Below, piece by piece: positions 36,877 through 46,041 of a DNA stretch of 64,000 nt (the first letter of the stretch is position 1; each line of letters opens with the position of its first letter). The notes beneath the pieces are model-generated. The model ran no database searches and was not told the DNA's origin. It saw only the letters and a program-made list of their open reading frames with translations. The stretch comes from an uncultured Candidatus Peribacteria bacterium (lineage in GTDB: Bacteria > Patescibacteriota > Gracilibacteria > UBA4473), in the NCBI GenBank assembly GCA_964343715.1, contig CAYFJZ010000005.1, positions 8,220 to 72,219 on the forward strand, in the 5' to 3' direction. Both the position numbers and the translations under genes were made by a program.

Positions 36877-36904
36877 CGTTTGACTACTGACTATTACACT
36901 ATTT

Positions 36905-37396
36905 CTAACGATAATGCTGGAACCCTCCCGCCCCAGGATTCATATTTCCAGCCTTTTGCTGACCCGTATCTATCAACTGAGTGATCTGAGAGATAATCTG
37001 GTCGTATGAAATATAGTTCATAAAATCAAAACCAAACATCTTTCCGACAATTGAAACCGCGAAAAAACTCATAATCGTCACAATCAACCCCACAATTGCG
37101 TAACGAATGGTGTTTACGGCCTGTTTTACCTTTTCGTCGTTTCCTCCCGAAAGAATAAAACTCATTCCCCCCACAAATACAAAAACGGCCGAAAGAGCGG
37201 CCGCAATAATAAAGGCGTACACCACAAACATCATCACAATCTCCTGAATTCCCCCATCAAGAGCATATTTGGTCTTGGGGACATAAACCGCTTGCTCCTG
37301 TCGATATCCCTGACTCGGAGCAGGATTCGTACGGGTATAAGGGTTGTTGTACGAATCATTATTGTACTGAACTGCCGGTGGGTAGGTATTGGCCAT
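36905..37396 (-). CDS. VirB2/TrbC-like (T4SS pilin-type) membrane protein
   Basis: Two TM helices joined by a short loop (VFVFVGGMSFILSGGNDEKVKQAVNTIRYAIVGLIVTIMSFFAV), the hairpin typical of T4SS pilin-like proteins of CPR genomes. The N-terminus is Asn/Pro/Tyr-rich. Confidence 0.6.
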   Translation of the reverse strand: MANTYPPAVQYNNDSYNNPYTRTNPAPSQGYRQEQAVYVPKTKYALDGGIQEIVMMFVVYAFIIAAALSAVFVFVGGMSFILSGGNDEKVKQAVNTIRYAIVGLIVTIMSFFAVSIVGKMFGFDFMNYISYDQIISQITQLIDTGQQKAGNMNPGAGGFQHYR

Positions 37397-37467
37397 TTTT
37401 ATTAGGTTTTATTTTATGAATAATCAATCTTCTTCTGGAAAGATTTGGGCTACCAATTTCAAAAAAA

Positions 37468-37722
37468 CTAGGCCTGTTCTACAACTTTGACACTAATTTT
37501 CTCGCCTTCCTTTGCGCCCATAACTCGAACCAAAGTTCGAACCGCTGAAATATTTTGACCTCGTTTTCCAATCAGTCGCCCCATATCATCCGAAGCTACT
37601 TGGACCTTAATCATAACGCCTCGATCATCAGAAACGACCTCAACGTTGATCTGGTCTTTTTCTTTACAGACCTGATCCAACACATAACGAACAAAATCTA
37701 CAGCGCTTTCGGTAACACTCAT
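37468..37722 (-). CDS. KH-domain RNA-binding protein (YlqC/UPF0109-like)
   Basis: From the ATG at 37722: ...QINVEVVSDDRGVMIKVQVASDDMGRLIGKRGQNISAVRTLV. Canonical position immediately after rpsP. Confidence 0.8.
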   Translation of the reverse strand: MSVTESAVDFVRYVLDQVCKEKDQINVEVVSDDRGVMIKVQVASDDMGRLIGKRGQNISAVRTLVRVMGAKEGEKISVKVVEQA

Positions 37723-37762
37723 TTCACGCAATATGATAAAGACAAATCCCCCCTCCGACAAA

Positions 37763-38221
37763 TTATTCCTCTTTCTTTTCTTCTTCGGCGGGTTTTTCTT
37801 CTGCTTTGGCTTCAGATTCTTCAGCTGGAGCCTCCGGCGTTTCTTCTTTTGGAGCTTCTTCAGAAGATTCAGCTGCTTCCTCACCAGCGTCTTCGGCAGG
37901 CGCTTCTTCAGCTACTTCTTTTTTGGGTTCTTCTTTTTTGGGCTTCGTAGGTCGTTTTTTAATAAATTTTTCGACCTCGCTCACTCCTTGTTTGAGCAAT
38001 AAACGAGCTACGGTCTGTGAAACCTCCGCTCCGTTAGAAATATACTTCTTCGTCAAATCCATATCAAAAACCAACTCCCCTTTTCCACCATCGCTCAAAG
38101 GGTTCAAATACCCCAGACGAGCCACAATCTTTTTCTGAACGGCCCGGGCCTTCTCGGCCGCGACTAAATCATAAAAAGGTCTCTTTTTTCTTCCCCTTCG
38201 AGCCAAACGAATCGTAAGCAT
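37763..38221 (-). CDS. rpsP: 30S ribosomal protein S16 with Glu/Lys/Ala-rich C-terminal extension
   Basis: From the ATG at 38221: MLTIRLARRGRKKRPFYDLVAAEKARAVQKKIVARLGYLNPL. Confidence 0.9.
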   Translation of the reverse strand: MLTIRLARRGRKKRPFYDLVAAEKARAVQKKIVARLGYLNPLSDGGKGELVFDMDLTKKYISNGAEVSQTVARLLLKQGVSEVEKFIKKRPTKPKKEEPKKEVAEEAPAEDAGEEAAESSEEAPKEETPEAPAEESEAKAEEKPAEEEKKEE

Positions 38222-38380
38222 GATACTAGAACTTAAGCGTATAAACCCCACCCCTCAGCTCGCGCAAGTGTAACTATACAACATACCTTGTCAAATGTTC
38301 CTCCTTTTTCTCCGTTGCAATCTCTCTTTTGTTCCCTAAAATCCGGGTTGAAAACAAAACCAAAGAGTTCTCTCAAAACA

Positions 38381-38488
38381 GGGAATAAGGAATTAGGAAT
38401 AAGGAATTAGGGGTATTTAAACAGCCTTTGCTGTTTACCTCTCGGAGTCCCTAATTCCTAATTCTTTATTCCTTATTCCTTCACTCTT
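38381..38488 (+). repeat. about 100-nt long-hairpin heptamer element (copy 2) in the rpsP/glmS divergent region
   Basis: Arms are gggaataaggaattaggaataaggaattagggg and ccctaattcctaattctttattccttattcc (about 31 bp with 3 mismatches). The 34-nt loop is tatttaaacagcctttgctgtttacctctcggagt. Confidence 0.7.
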
Positions 38489-38515
38489 AATTTATATATT
38501 TCCCTCCCCTTTCTC

Positions 38516-40261
38516 ATGTGTGGAATCTTCGCCATTTCCGGCCCCGATCAAAATGCAGGAGCCACCGTGCTCGAAGGACTCAAAAGACTCGAATATCGCG
38601 GATACGATTCTTGGGGAATCTCTATCCGACACAATGGCCAACCCATACACTTAGAAAAAGACATCGGAAAAATCTCCGAAGTAAAAAAAGAATTCCCAAC
38701 CGGGCACGAAGCCCTCGGCCACTCCCGATGGGCTACCCACGGAGGAGTTACCCAACAAAACGCACACCCTCATCAGGCCGGCAAAGTCACGCTAGTACAC
38801 AACGGTATTTTTGAAAACTATCTCGAAGTAAAAGAAAACCACCCCCACCACAAATTCCAATCCGAAACTGACTCAGAAGTTATTGCCGTCCTCATCAACC
38901 ACTTGATAGACGAAGGTCTTTCGCCTCAAACCGCTATCCGTCAGAGCGCCAAACAAATCGTAGGTCGTTTTGCCATTCTCGTCACCATCGATGGCATTCC
39001 AGGCATTTTTGCCGCCCGAAGAGGATCCCCTCTTATTATTGGACGAGGCGAAGACCGTACTTTTATCGCATCAGATATTCCCGCCTTTTTATCGGAAACC
39101 AACATCGTCAATTATTTAGACGACAACGAAATGGTACACATCCAAAACCAAGAAGTAACTTTTACCGATCTAGAAAGCGGCCAAAAAAAAGAAAAAAGAA
39201 ACGTCGAAGTTCCCTGGAATCTCGAAGAAGCCGAAAAGGGAGACTATCCCCACTTCATGATCAAAGAAATCTTCGATCAAAAAGAAACCATTGCCCGAGC
39301 CATCAACCAAGATCCCGACAAAATCAATGAAGCCATTGATCTATTAGTGCATTCCAACGGAACATACTTCATTGCCTGTGGAACCGCCCACAAAGTCGCC
39401 AAAGCGGCCGAATATTTCTTTTCCGAAATATCAGGACGAAAAATAAACGTAGTCCCAGCCTCTGAAATGGCCTATTTTGAGAATTTTGTAAAAGAAGGCA
39501 CCGCCGTAATCGCCGTTTCTCAGTCGGGGGAAACCGCCGACGTTCTGGAGATCCTCGAAAGAGCCAAGCTCAAAGGCGCCAATATATTGTCGCTCACCAA
39601 CGTCGAAAGCTCGTCGATTGCTCGAATATCAAACGTAGCGCTTCCCATAAACGCCGGCCCCGAAAAAGCCGTCGCTTCAACCAAAGCCGCCACGAGCCAG
39701 ATGGCCTTGCTCTTTCTGCTCGCTCATGCCGACGCCGGAACTCTCGCCCTGGCCCAACAGATTCTTTCCTCCGTCAGCGGAAATATAAACGACATGATCA
39801 ATCCCCGCTACGAAGATCATATCCAGTCTATCGCCCGAACCATTGTCGATCACGAAAATCTTTTTATCATCGGTCGAGGCTCTCTCTATCCCATGGCGCT
39901 GGAAGCCGCCATCAAAATCCAAGAAGTTTCTTACATTCACGCCCAAGGATTTGCCGCCGCCGAACTCAAACACGGCCCTATCGCGCTGATTACCAATGGC
40001 ACTCCCTGTTTGGTACTGGGATCGGACCGAGAAACGGTCTCCAATGCGATCGAACTCAAGTCTCGAGGCGCCCGAATTATCGGTATCGCGCCCGAAAACG
40101 CCGAAGTCTTCGATCAGTGGATCCGAGTTCCCGACGCCAACGGCGCTCAACCTATTGTTTCCATAATTCCCGTACAAATACTGGCCTACCATCTGGCCAT
40201 TCTAAAGGAACTCAATCCCGATACCCCCAGGAATCTGGCAAAATCGGTGACGGTGAAGTAA
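38516..40261 (+). CDS. glmS: glutamine--fructose-6-phosphate aminotransferase (isomerizing)
   Basis: MCGIFAISG N-terminal nucleophile, HSRWATHG, two SIS domains (SQSGETADV) and a C-terminal ...LAKSVTVK. Confidence 0.95.
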   Translation: MCGIFAISGPDQNAGATVLEGLKRLEYRGYDSWGISIRHNGQPIHLEKDIGKISEVKKEFPTGHEALGHSRWATHGGVTQQNAHPHQAGKVTLVHNGIFENYLEVKENHPHHKFQSETDSEVIAVLINHLIDEGLSPQTAIRQSAKQIVGRFAILVTIDGIPGIFAARRGSPLIIGRGEDRTFIASDIPAFLSETNIVNYLDDNEMVHIQNQEVTFTDLESGQKKEKRNVEVPWNLEEAEKGDYPHFMIKEIFDQKETIARAINQDPDKINEAIDLLVHSNGTYFIACGTAHKVAKAAEYFFSEISGRKINVVPASEMAYFENFVKEGTAVIAVSQSGETADVLEILERAKLKGANILSLTNVESSSIARISNVALPINAGPEKAVASTKAATSQMALLFLLAHADAGTLALAQQILSSVSGNINDMINPRYEDHIQSIARTIVDHENLFIIGRGSLYPMALEAAIKIQEVSYIHAQGFAAAELKHGPIALITNGTPCLVLGSDRETVSNAIELKSRGARIIGIAPENAEVFDQWIRVPDANGAQPIVSIIPVQILAYHLAILKELNPDTPRNLAKSVTVK

Positions 40262-40464
40262 ATCAAACGTAGGGGCTTTAAAATTACTCAGGAACGTTTC
40301 ATCTACCCATTCCCCATTCCTTGCCCTCCTTCTCTAAAAAACTACAATCCCCTCCGAAAGCCCCCTTAATTCTTGATACCTACTTCTCGAGTACTGCTAT
40401 TAAGACTTATCAATAAAAAGGATGGGCTTGCACAACATTAGTTTATCTCATAACCCCCAACCAA

Positions 40465-40770
40465 ATGGGACTCTTCGGACAAATGGGCGACATGTATCGC
40501 CTGCAAAAAGAAGCCAAGCGAATTAAAAAAGAGCTGGCCAAAACCCACGTTTTTTCAGAAGTAGACGGATGTAAGGTAACGGTTTCTGGTGAACAAAAAG
40601 TCATTAGCGTCGAATTCACTGACGAAACCATTCTCCAAAACCCCAAAAAAGCATCTTCCGCTCTAGTAGAAGCCACCAACAAAGCCATTACCAAATCACA
40701 GGAAATCGCCGCGGAAAAAATGAAATCCATCATGGGAAATTTCCCCGGACTAGGCGGACCACAACAGTAA
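40465..40770 (+). CDS. ybaB: YbaB/EbfC-family nucleoid-associated protein
   Basis: 101 aa: MGDMYRLQKEAKRIKKELAKTHVFSEVDGCKVTVSGEQKVISVEFTDE. Confidence 0.8.
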   Translation: MGLFGQMGDMYRLQKEAKRIKKELAKTHVFSEVDGCKVTVSGEQKVISVEFTDETILQNPKKASSALVEATNKAITKSQEIAAEKMKSIMGNFPGLGGPQQ

Positions 40771-40935
40771 ACATTTCAGATCAAATACGTGAAAACCCTC
40801 TCTTGTAAAAAATTACTTTTGAATTAATTATAAGAGAGGGTGGCGATGCAAAAATACTCGTTATGATCTTTCTTTCAGAGCCGGGAGAGTTCCCTCCCTC
40901 CAAGACTAAATATCAAAATATCCACAAGACAAATT

Positions 40936-41904
40936 ATGAAAAAATTCCTCTTCCTCGCCCTTCTCTGCCTCGGACTCTATTTTGGAGCTCGTATTCTTTT
41001 GGTCTGGGACAAACCCAACTCTGATTCATCCGACCGGGTAAGTATCACCATTTCCAAGGGGATGGGACTCAATTCGATCGCAAACCTCCTCCACAAAAAG
41101 GATCTCATTCGCGATCCCCTCGTGTTTCGACTCTATGCCCACAAAAACAAAGTCGGCAATCGCCTCCAGGCCGGAGAGTATGTACTCACCAAAGATCTTA
41201 CCTTTCGCGAAGTCGTAGAAGCCCTTCAGCACGGAAAAGGCTCCGAACAAAAAGTAACGATTCCCGAAGGCTCTACCATCAATCAAATCGACCAAATCTT
41301 AGCGAGAAAAAATCTGATATCCCGTGGTGAATTCATCGACTGCACCAATACCTGTGAATTTAATTTTCATCTAGCTAGCATGGAAGGATATCTTTTCCCC
41401 TCTACCTATTACGTAAATCCAGAAACATTTACGATCAAAAAATTTATACAAAGATTGAGATATCAGTTCAACCAACAAATCGACCCCCTTCAGACCAAAA
41501 TCCAAGAATCTGGGCGAACGCTCAACGAAATCATTATCGTTGCCTCGATGATCGAACGAGAAGCCAACACTGATGGCGAAATGGCCACTATTTCTGATGT
41601 GATCTGGAAACGACTCGACGACCGTATGTATCTCGGCATAGATGCCACCACCCGATACGAAAAAAACGACTGGAGATCGCCGCTTCTCGCCGCTGATTTT
41701 GAAAAAGACTCTCCCTACAACACCCGCAAAAGAAAGGGCCTCCCTCCCACGGCCATATCCAACCCCGGACTCGCCGCACTAAAAGCCGCTACCTCTCCCA
41801 AACCAAGTCCCTACTGGTACTATTTGCACGATTCAAAGGGCCAGGTTCATTTTGCAAAAACTCTGGAAGAGCATAATGCGAATAAGAGGAGATACATTTA
41901 TTAA
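40936..41904 (+). CDS. mltG: endolytic murein transglycosylase MltG (YceG-like)
   Basis: N-terminal TM, then EGYLFPSTY, ASMIEREA and SPYNTRKRKGLPPTAISNPG motifs. Confidence 0.85.
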   Translation: MKKFLFLALLCLGLYFGARILLVWDKPNSDSSDRVSITISKGMGLNSIANLLHKKDLIRDPLVFRLYAHKNKVGNRLQAGEYVLTKDLTFREVVEALQHGKGSEQKVTIPEGSTINQIDQILARKNLISRGEFIDCTNTCEFNFHLASMEGYLFPSTYYVNPETFTIKKFIQRLRYQFNQQIDPLQTKIQESGRTLNEIIIVASMIEREANTDGEMATISDVIWKRLDDRMYLGIDATTRYEKNDWRSPLLAADFEKDSPYNTRKRKGLPPTAISNPGLAALKAATSPKPSPYWYYLHDSKGQVHFAKTLEEHNANKRRYIY

Positions 41905-41907
41905 CAC

Positions 41908-42092
41908 GTCATCCCGAATAACGGAATATTTTAAAACTATCTACGATAAAATGAGGGATCCTCGAAATATTAAATGATCAGAGTTTCAAAAAGGATTTTT
42001 TCATACTCAATTAACCTTTTCCTCATTAATAAAAAGGATGATTTCTCATCTTAAGCAGACACTAACATAGAATACTGACGATTCGAAATGAC
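41908..42092. mobile_element. MITE-like element bounded by GTCATCCCGAAT / ATTCGAAATGAC inverted repeats (copy 2)
   Basis: gtcatcccgaataacggaat...aaaatgagggatcctcgaaatattaaa...acatagaatactgacgattcgaaatgac. It lies between the convergent mltG and methylthiotransferase genes. No ORF. Confidence 0.55.
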
Positions 42093-42115
42093 TTATTTTT
42101 ATTACTCACAAAGTT

Positions 42116-43339
42116 TTAATCTTTATTGATAATTGCTAATTGTTCATTGATTAAAACTTCCTCAATCCCCCCTTCCTCCGCTCCCTCCTTCCGAACCCGA
42201 ACAAAATTAGTACTCAACCCAACCCCCTTCCCCTCCCACAAAACCGATTTTGTCTTTCCCAACTGAGATCGATAAAAATCCCGCAACAAATCCTCCCCTA
42301 CCGCTCTCAAATGAGCCGAGCGCTTCTTTTTTTCCTGTTCTGATACTAATCCTTCTTTTAGATGCTCGGCGGCCGTCCCTTGGCGCAGAGAAAAGGGAAA
42401 AACATGCAACTTGGAAAAAGCCAAACGGCGCATCAGATCTTCACTTTCTTTAAATTCACGCTCTCCCTCTCCAGGAAAACCCACAATAATATCACTCGTT
42501 AAAGCCGTATCAGGGCGAACCTTTCGAGCTTTATGAGCCACCTGTTCGATAGACGCCACCCCATGCCCCCGATTCATGAGTTTCAAAACCTTCTCACTCC
42601 CCGACTGCACAGAAACATGAAGATGGTCACAAATTCTTTCATTAGCATACACGTCAAAAAACTCATCACCCAAAAACTCGGGACCCACCGATGATATTCG
42701 AATACGGGGAATGGAAGTTCGCTCTAAAATATATTTGAGCAAGTGTGCAAAACAGTTCTCTTCAGGCTTACGTGTATGAGTTGCCCCCCAAGCAGCAAGA
42801 TTAATACCGGTCAGCACTACTTCTTTCCCCCCCTGTAATTCCAGATTCAAGATTTCTTTCACAATGGCCTCTTTCTCTCGACTTTCACTTTTTCCTCTCG
42901 CAAAAGGAATGATGCAATACGAACAATAAGTATCACATCCATTCTGAATCGCCACATAACGTCGCGTTCGTCCCAAAAACACGGGAAGAGAAGAAGAACT
43001 CATACGAGTGGATTGATCGCTCTCTTTATCTGTGATGATTTTTATCACTTCCTCTATTTGGGGTACCAAAAGAACCTTTGGGAATTGTTGCTTCCAAAAA
43101 TCATGATCAGTACGAGCTCCACAACCCGTTATGATCACATTTTGTGTTCGAGAAAACGCATTTCGAATCTTGATCGCCGATTTCTTATCAGCCGAATGCG
43201 TCACCGTACAGGTATTCACAACAACCCAATCTGGATTATCCTCCTCAATCTGATATCCCCGTTCCCCCAATTCCTTCGCCAAACGCTCAGAATCCACAAA
43301 ATTCATCTTGCAGCCGAGTGTATGGATCTGAATACGCAT
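42116..43339 (-). CDS. radical SAM methylthiotransferase, MiaB/MtaB family
   Basis: UPF0004 N-domain (MRIQIHTLGCKMNFVDSE...VVVNTCTVT), a radical SAM CDTYCSYC motif and a TRAM-like C-terminus. Confidence 0.85.
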   Translation of the reverse strand: MRIQIHTLGCKMNFVDSERLAKELGERGYQIEEDNPDWVVVNTCTVTHSADKKSAIKIRNAFSRTQNVIITGCGARTDHDFWKQQFPKVLLVPQIEEVIKIITDKESDQSTRMSSSSLPVFLGRTRRYVAIQNGCDTYCSYCIIPFARGKSESREKEAIVKEILNLELQGGKEVVLTGINLAAWGATHTRKPEENCFAHLLKYILERTSIPRIRISSVGPEFLGDEFFDVYANERICDHLHVSVQSGSEKVLKLMNRGHGVASIEQVAHKARKVRPDTALTSDIIVGFPGEGEREFKESEDLMRRLAFSKLHVFPFSLRQGTAAEHLKEGLVSEQEKKKRSAHLRAVGEDLLRDFYRSQLGKTKSVLWEGKGVGLSTNFVRVRKEGAEEGGIEEVLINEQLAIINKD

Positions 43340-43358
43340 AAATACCTAAACAGTAATA

Positions 43359-43676
43359 CTAAGCTGACTCAAATTGTTTCAAAATCGCTTTGTATTCTTC
43401 ATCCGAAACAACTTCTCCCTGCAAACAGTTACAATCATTATTCTGCCAATAAGGAAGATTCTTCATGGTTTTTCGACACAATTTCTGAGCCAACGCTTCA
43501 TCTACTCCAGGAACCTCTGCCAAAAAGAAGTGAACACCTCCCTCAAAAATCTCTTCACAGTTTTTCACACTTCCATCTGGATTCGTGCAGTGAACACAAC
43601 TATCACACTGAACATCATGATTTCCAAAATCTTCCACCTCCACCATCGGCATACTACAGGCAATACAGGTCTTCAT
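43359..43676 (-). CDS. zinc-ribbon domain protein
   Basis: 105 aa with Cys pairs MKTCIACSMP...CDSCVHC. Confidence 0.6.
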   Translation of the reverse strand: MKTCIACSMPMVEVEDFGNHDVQCDSCVHCTNPDGSVKNCEEIFEGGVHFFLAEVPGVDEALAQKLCRKTMKNLPYWQNNDCNCLQGEVVSDEEYKAILKQFESA

Positions 43677-43707
43677 AAGACAATAATATTAATACGACCT
43701 CAAACTA

Positions 43708-44004
43708 TTAATCAATAAAAGAAGGGCCTATCTGACAAGGAATTACTTCTATATTTTTCCAAACCTCCCCCACGACATAAGGTTCGATTTTTAACCATTC
43801 ATCCAACTCTTTTCGGGATGCAAAATCCACAATATAGACCGATCCATTCATTTGCCCCTCATCACTCAAAAGAGCCGCCCCATACAAAGCTTTTCCTTCA
43901 GCTTTGAGACGATCTCCCATACGGATATGATCCTCCCGAACCTTTAAACGTCTGTCCAAAGCCTCTTTATCTTTTCCATCCCGAGCGATAACTATGAATG
44001 GCAT
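43708..44004 (-). CDS. YciI-family protein
   Basis: From the ATG at 44004: MPFIVIARDGKDKEALDRRLKVREDHIRMG...GSVYIVDFASRKELDEWLKIEPY. The longer ORF to 44052 runs into tRNA-Lys. Confidence 0.7.
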   Translation of the reverse strand: MPFIVIARDGKDKEALDRRLKVREDHIRMGDRLKAEGKALYGAALLSDEGQMNGSVYIVDFASRKELDEWLKIEPYVVGEVWKNIEVIPCQIGPSFID

Positions 44005-44018
44005 GAGCTCTAAAAAAA

Positions 44019-44094
44019 TGGTGGGTTGGGCGGGATTCGAACCCGCGACCAATAGCTTAAAAGGCTACTGCTCTACCAACTGAGCTACCAACCC
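44019..44094 (-). tRNA. tRNA-Lys (anticodon TTT), CCA encoded
   Basis: The reverse complement is gggttggtagctcagttggtagagcagtagccttttaagctattggtcgcgggttcgaatcccgcccaacccacca, with anticodon loop cttttaa. Confidence 0.9.
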
Positions 44095-44300
44095 GTCGTC
44101 GGACGTGACTGTGCACATTCCGTTTTGTTCCGAATAGCTACACAAAACTACATGTTCTCCGTAACGTTCTCCTCTCCAAAAAGCACTTATGGACTGAACT
44201 TTCTCAATCACTTTTTGGGGAAATTTGGGGGCCCCTTTTGTTGGGGAATATCTCTGTTAAACATCATACAATCCTCATATTTGTGAAAATTCCACTCCCC
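44095..44300 (-). ncRNA. conserved structured 5' leader element abutting tRNA-Lys (copy E1; unclassified)
   Basis: Homologous to 48874-49063, 49234-49380 and 57041-57215. It has nested stems (acgtgac/gtaacgt; acat/atgt; gttttgt/acaaaac), a purine tract and a CCCC-loop-GGGG hairpin on the minus strand. Confidence 0.5.
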
Positions 44301-44371
44301 CCCTTCCAGCAAATACAGAACTGTTTTGCCCCGTTGTTAAAAACAAAAGTTCAACACACAAGACGCGGTGG

Positions 44372-44399
44372 ATTGTAGCTCCCACAACGGGTTTGTCAA
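44372..44399 (-). promoter_or_regulatory. sigma70-like promoter (TTGACA-N16-TACAAT) for leader + tRNA-Lys
   Basis: On the minus strand, ttgaca (44394-44399), a 16-nt spacer and tacaat (44372-44377). The -10 and downstream block CTACAATCCAC is shared with 49438-49465. Confidence 0.65.
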
Positions 44400-44601
44400 A
44401 AAAACAGAACCCGCTCTAAAAATCACACCCAAATCTACCCGTTACCCGACGAAAACTCTCTACGTGATCAGCTTGGGCTCAAACCAAAAATATTTAAAAC
44501 CGACGTTTTATATCATTGGTAGATCCACAATAAAATCTACTATCTTCTTTTTTACTTTGTAATAAATACAAATATCCAGTCATAGTATTATATTAAGTCT
44601 C

Positions 44602-44626
44602 AAAAAAACCTCTTTTGTAAAAGAAG
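44602..44626 (-). terminator. possible terminator after tRNA-Ala(TGC)
   Basis: The minus strand reads CUUCUUUUACAAAAGAGG (short stem) followed by U7. Confidence 0.4.
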
Positions 44627-44641
44627 CGTTTTTGATTTTCT

Positions 44642-44718
44642 TGGTGGAGCTAAAGGGATTCGAACCCTTGACCCCCTGCTTGCAAAGCAGGTGCTCTAGC
44701 CAGCTGAGCTATAGCCCC
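44642..44718 (-). tRNA. tRNA-Ala (anticodon TGC), CCA encoded
   Basis: The reverse complement is ggggctatagctcagctggctagagcacctgctttgcaagcagggggtcaagggttcgaatccctttagctccacca. Confidence 0.9.
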
Positions 44719-44739
44719 GTTATTTCTTTGTTCCTATCT

Positions 44740-44973
44740 CTACCACATGGCAGGCCCGAGAAGACTATAAAAAAATTCTCTGAGACCTCCTCCAATCCAC
44801 AAAAAGGAAAGGATAATCAGGACCACACCAAATAGTTTAATAAAACTATAGGTTCGACCTGGGCCCATGTGACGCTCGGCAAACTCAATCTCGCCAGTAA
44901 AGTCGCCAACCTTTTTGGTATAAACGACCATCAACACCCCCGCGACAATGAGTATCCAAGGAAAGAGGAACAT
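44740..44973 (-). CDS. small hypothetical membrane protein (2 TM)
   Basis: 77 aa: MFLFPWILIVAGVLMVVY...FIKLFGVVLIILSFLWIGGG. Confidence 0.5.
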   Translation of the reverse strand: MFLFPWILIVAGVLMVVYTKKVGDFTGEIEFAERHMGPGRTYSFIKLFGVVLIILSFLWIGGGLREFFYSLLGPAMW

Positions 44974-45095
44974 TTCGACACCTCAAAAGAACAAAGTGAC
45001 GCAATTTTAGTGGAGGACAACCGATTGTCAAAAAAGTTCTCAGACAGGCTTTATTTTTTCGCTTTTTTAAGGTATAATATAAAGATTTTCATAAG

Positions 45096-46040
45096 ATGAT
45101 TCTCAAAAAAATATTAACCCTCGGGAAAAAACAACTCGCTCCCCTTTTGTGTGCGCTTTTCATAACGCTGAGTTTTTCGCCTGTATTGGCAAGCGAAAAC
45201 GGCCGAAACCTAATCCCCTTAGAAGCTACTGGGTTTGACGGAATCATGACCACCAACAAAGTCCAACAAGCCATTGACCCCAATCTAGAAAAAACCCAAG
45301 ACGCACTCAAAGATCTTTTTTCTTCCTCCAACGGGACCCAAGTTATCCTCATTGCCAATCGTATCTTGGGGATCGTTGCCATACTGTGGATCATGATCAT
45401 CGGTACCAAAATGGCCGTGGTTTCACGAGGGAACGACGAAAACATGACCAATTACAAGAAACAACTCGGATGGGCCGTGTTGGGGCTGGGAGTCATATCG
45501 GCAGCCGAATTTGCCGGTTATGCCGTCTTTGATCCGACCAAAGACCTACTCACAGGCTCTGCCAGTGGTGAATTCCGAGCCAAAACCATTCAGATCAAAC
45601 ACTTCGTGCAGTACTTAGCCTTTGGCGTGGCCCTAATAGCCTGTGTGATTTCGGGCTTCAAACTGATGACTGCCGCCACCGATGATGAAACCATTACCAA
45701 CGAAAAACGATTCGTCCAGGCCTTTCTAATTGGTACCGGACTTATCTTTCTCTCAGAAGTAATCACCCGAATTATATCTTTTCAGGAACAGTGGAACCAA
45801 GGAGATGGAACAGCCGCTGCTACCGCGGGAGTAAATGAAGTCATCGGAATCATAAATTTCGCGCTGACTTTTGTTGGTTGGGCGAGTGTCTTTATGCTCG
45901 TACTAGCCAGCTTGTACTACGTCGCCAGTTTCGGATCCGAAGATCAAACTCAACGCGCCAAACGAATTATCATTGCCTGTGTTGTAGCAATCGTGATCAT
46001 TCTCTCCAGCTACGCGATTATTAACTTCTTTGTGCGATAA
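45096..46040 (+). CDS. membrane protein with two tandem VirB2/TrbC-like pilin modules
   Basis: Signal peptide, then two TM-loop-TM hairpins: ...FGVALIACVISGFKLMTAATDDETITNEKRFVQAFLIGTGLIFL and ...WASVFMLVLASLYYVASFGSEDQTQRAKRIIIACVVAIVIIL. Confidence 0.6.
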   Translation: MILKKILTLGKKQLAPLLCALFITLSFSPVLASENGRNLIPLEATGFDGIMTTNKVQQAIDPNLEKTQDALKDLFSSSNGTQVILIANRILGIVAILWIMIIGTKMAVVSRGNDENMTNYKKQLGWAVLGLGVISAAEFAGYAVFDPTKDLLTGSASGEFRAKTIQIKHFVQYLAFGVALIACVISGFKLMTAATDDETITNEKRFVQAFLIGTGLIFLSEVITRIISFQEQWNQGDGTAAATAGVNEVIGIINFALTFVGWASVFMLVLASLYYVASFGSEDQTQRAKRIIIACVVAIVIILSSYAIINFFVR

Positions 46041-46041
46041 G

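Noticed and set aside
38252-38515. glmS ribozyme upstream of glmS
   Set aside because: The region is occupied by the heptamer long-hairpin element and a pyrimidine-rich leader. I could not find the conserved glmS ribozyme core sequences.
43708-44052. ORFs overlapping tRNA genes (the N-terminal extension of 43708-44052; 44632-44835; 48693-48935; 48755-49030; 48771-49022; 57029-57229)
   Set aside because: They run through tRNA genes or the conserved leader elements and have no independent support. The YciI-like gene has a sensible internal ATG at 44004.
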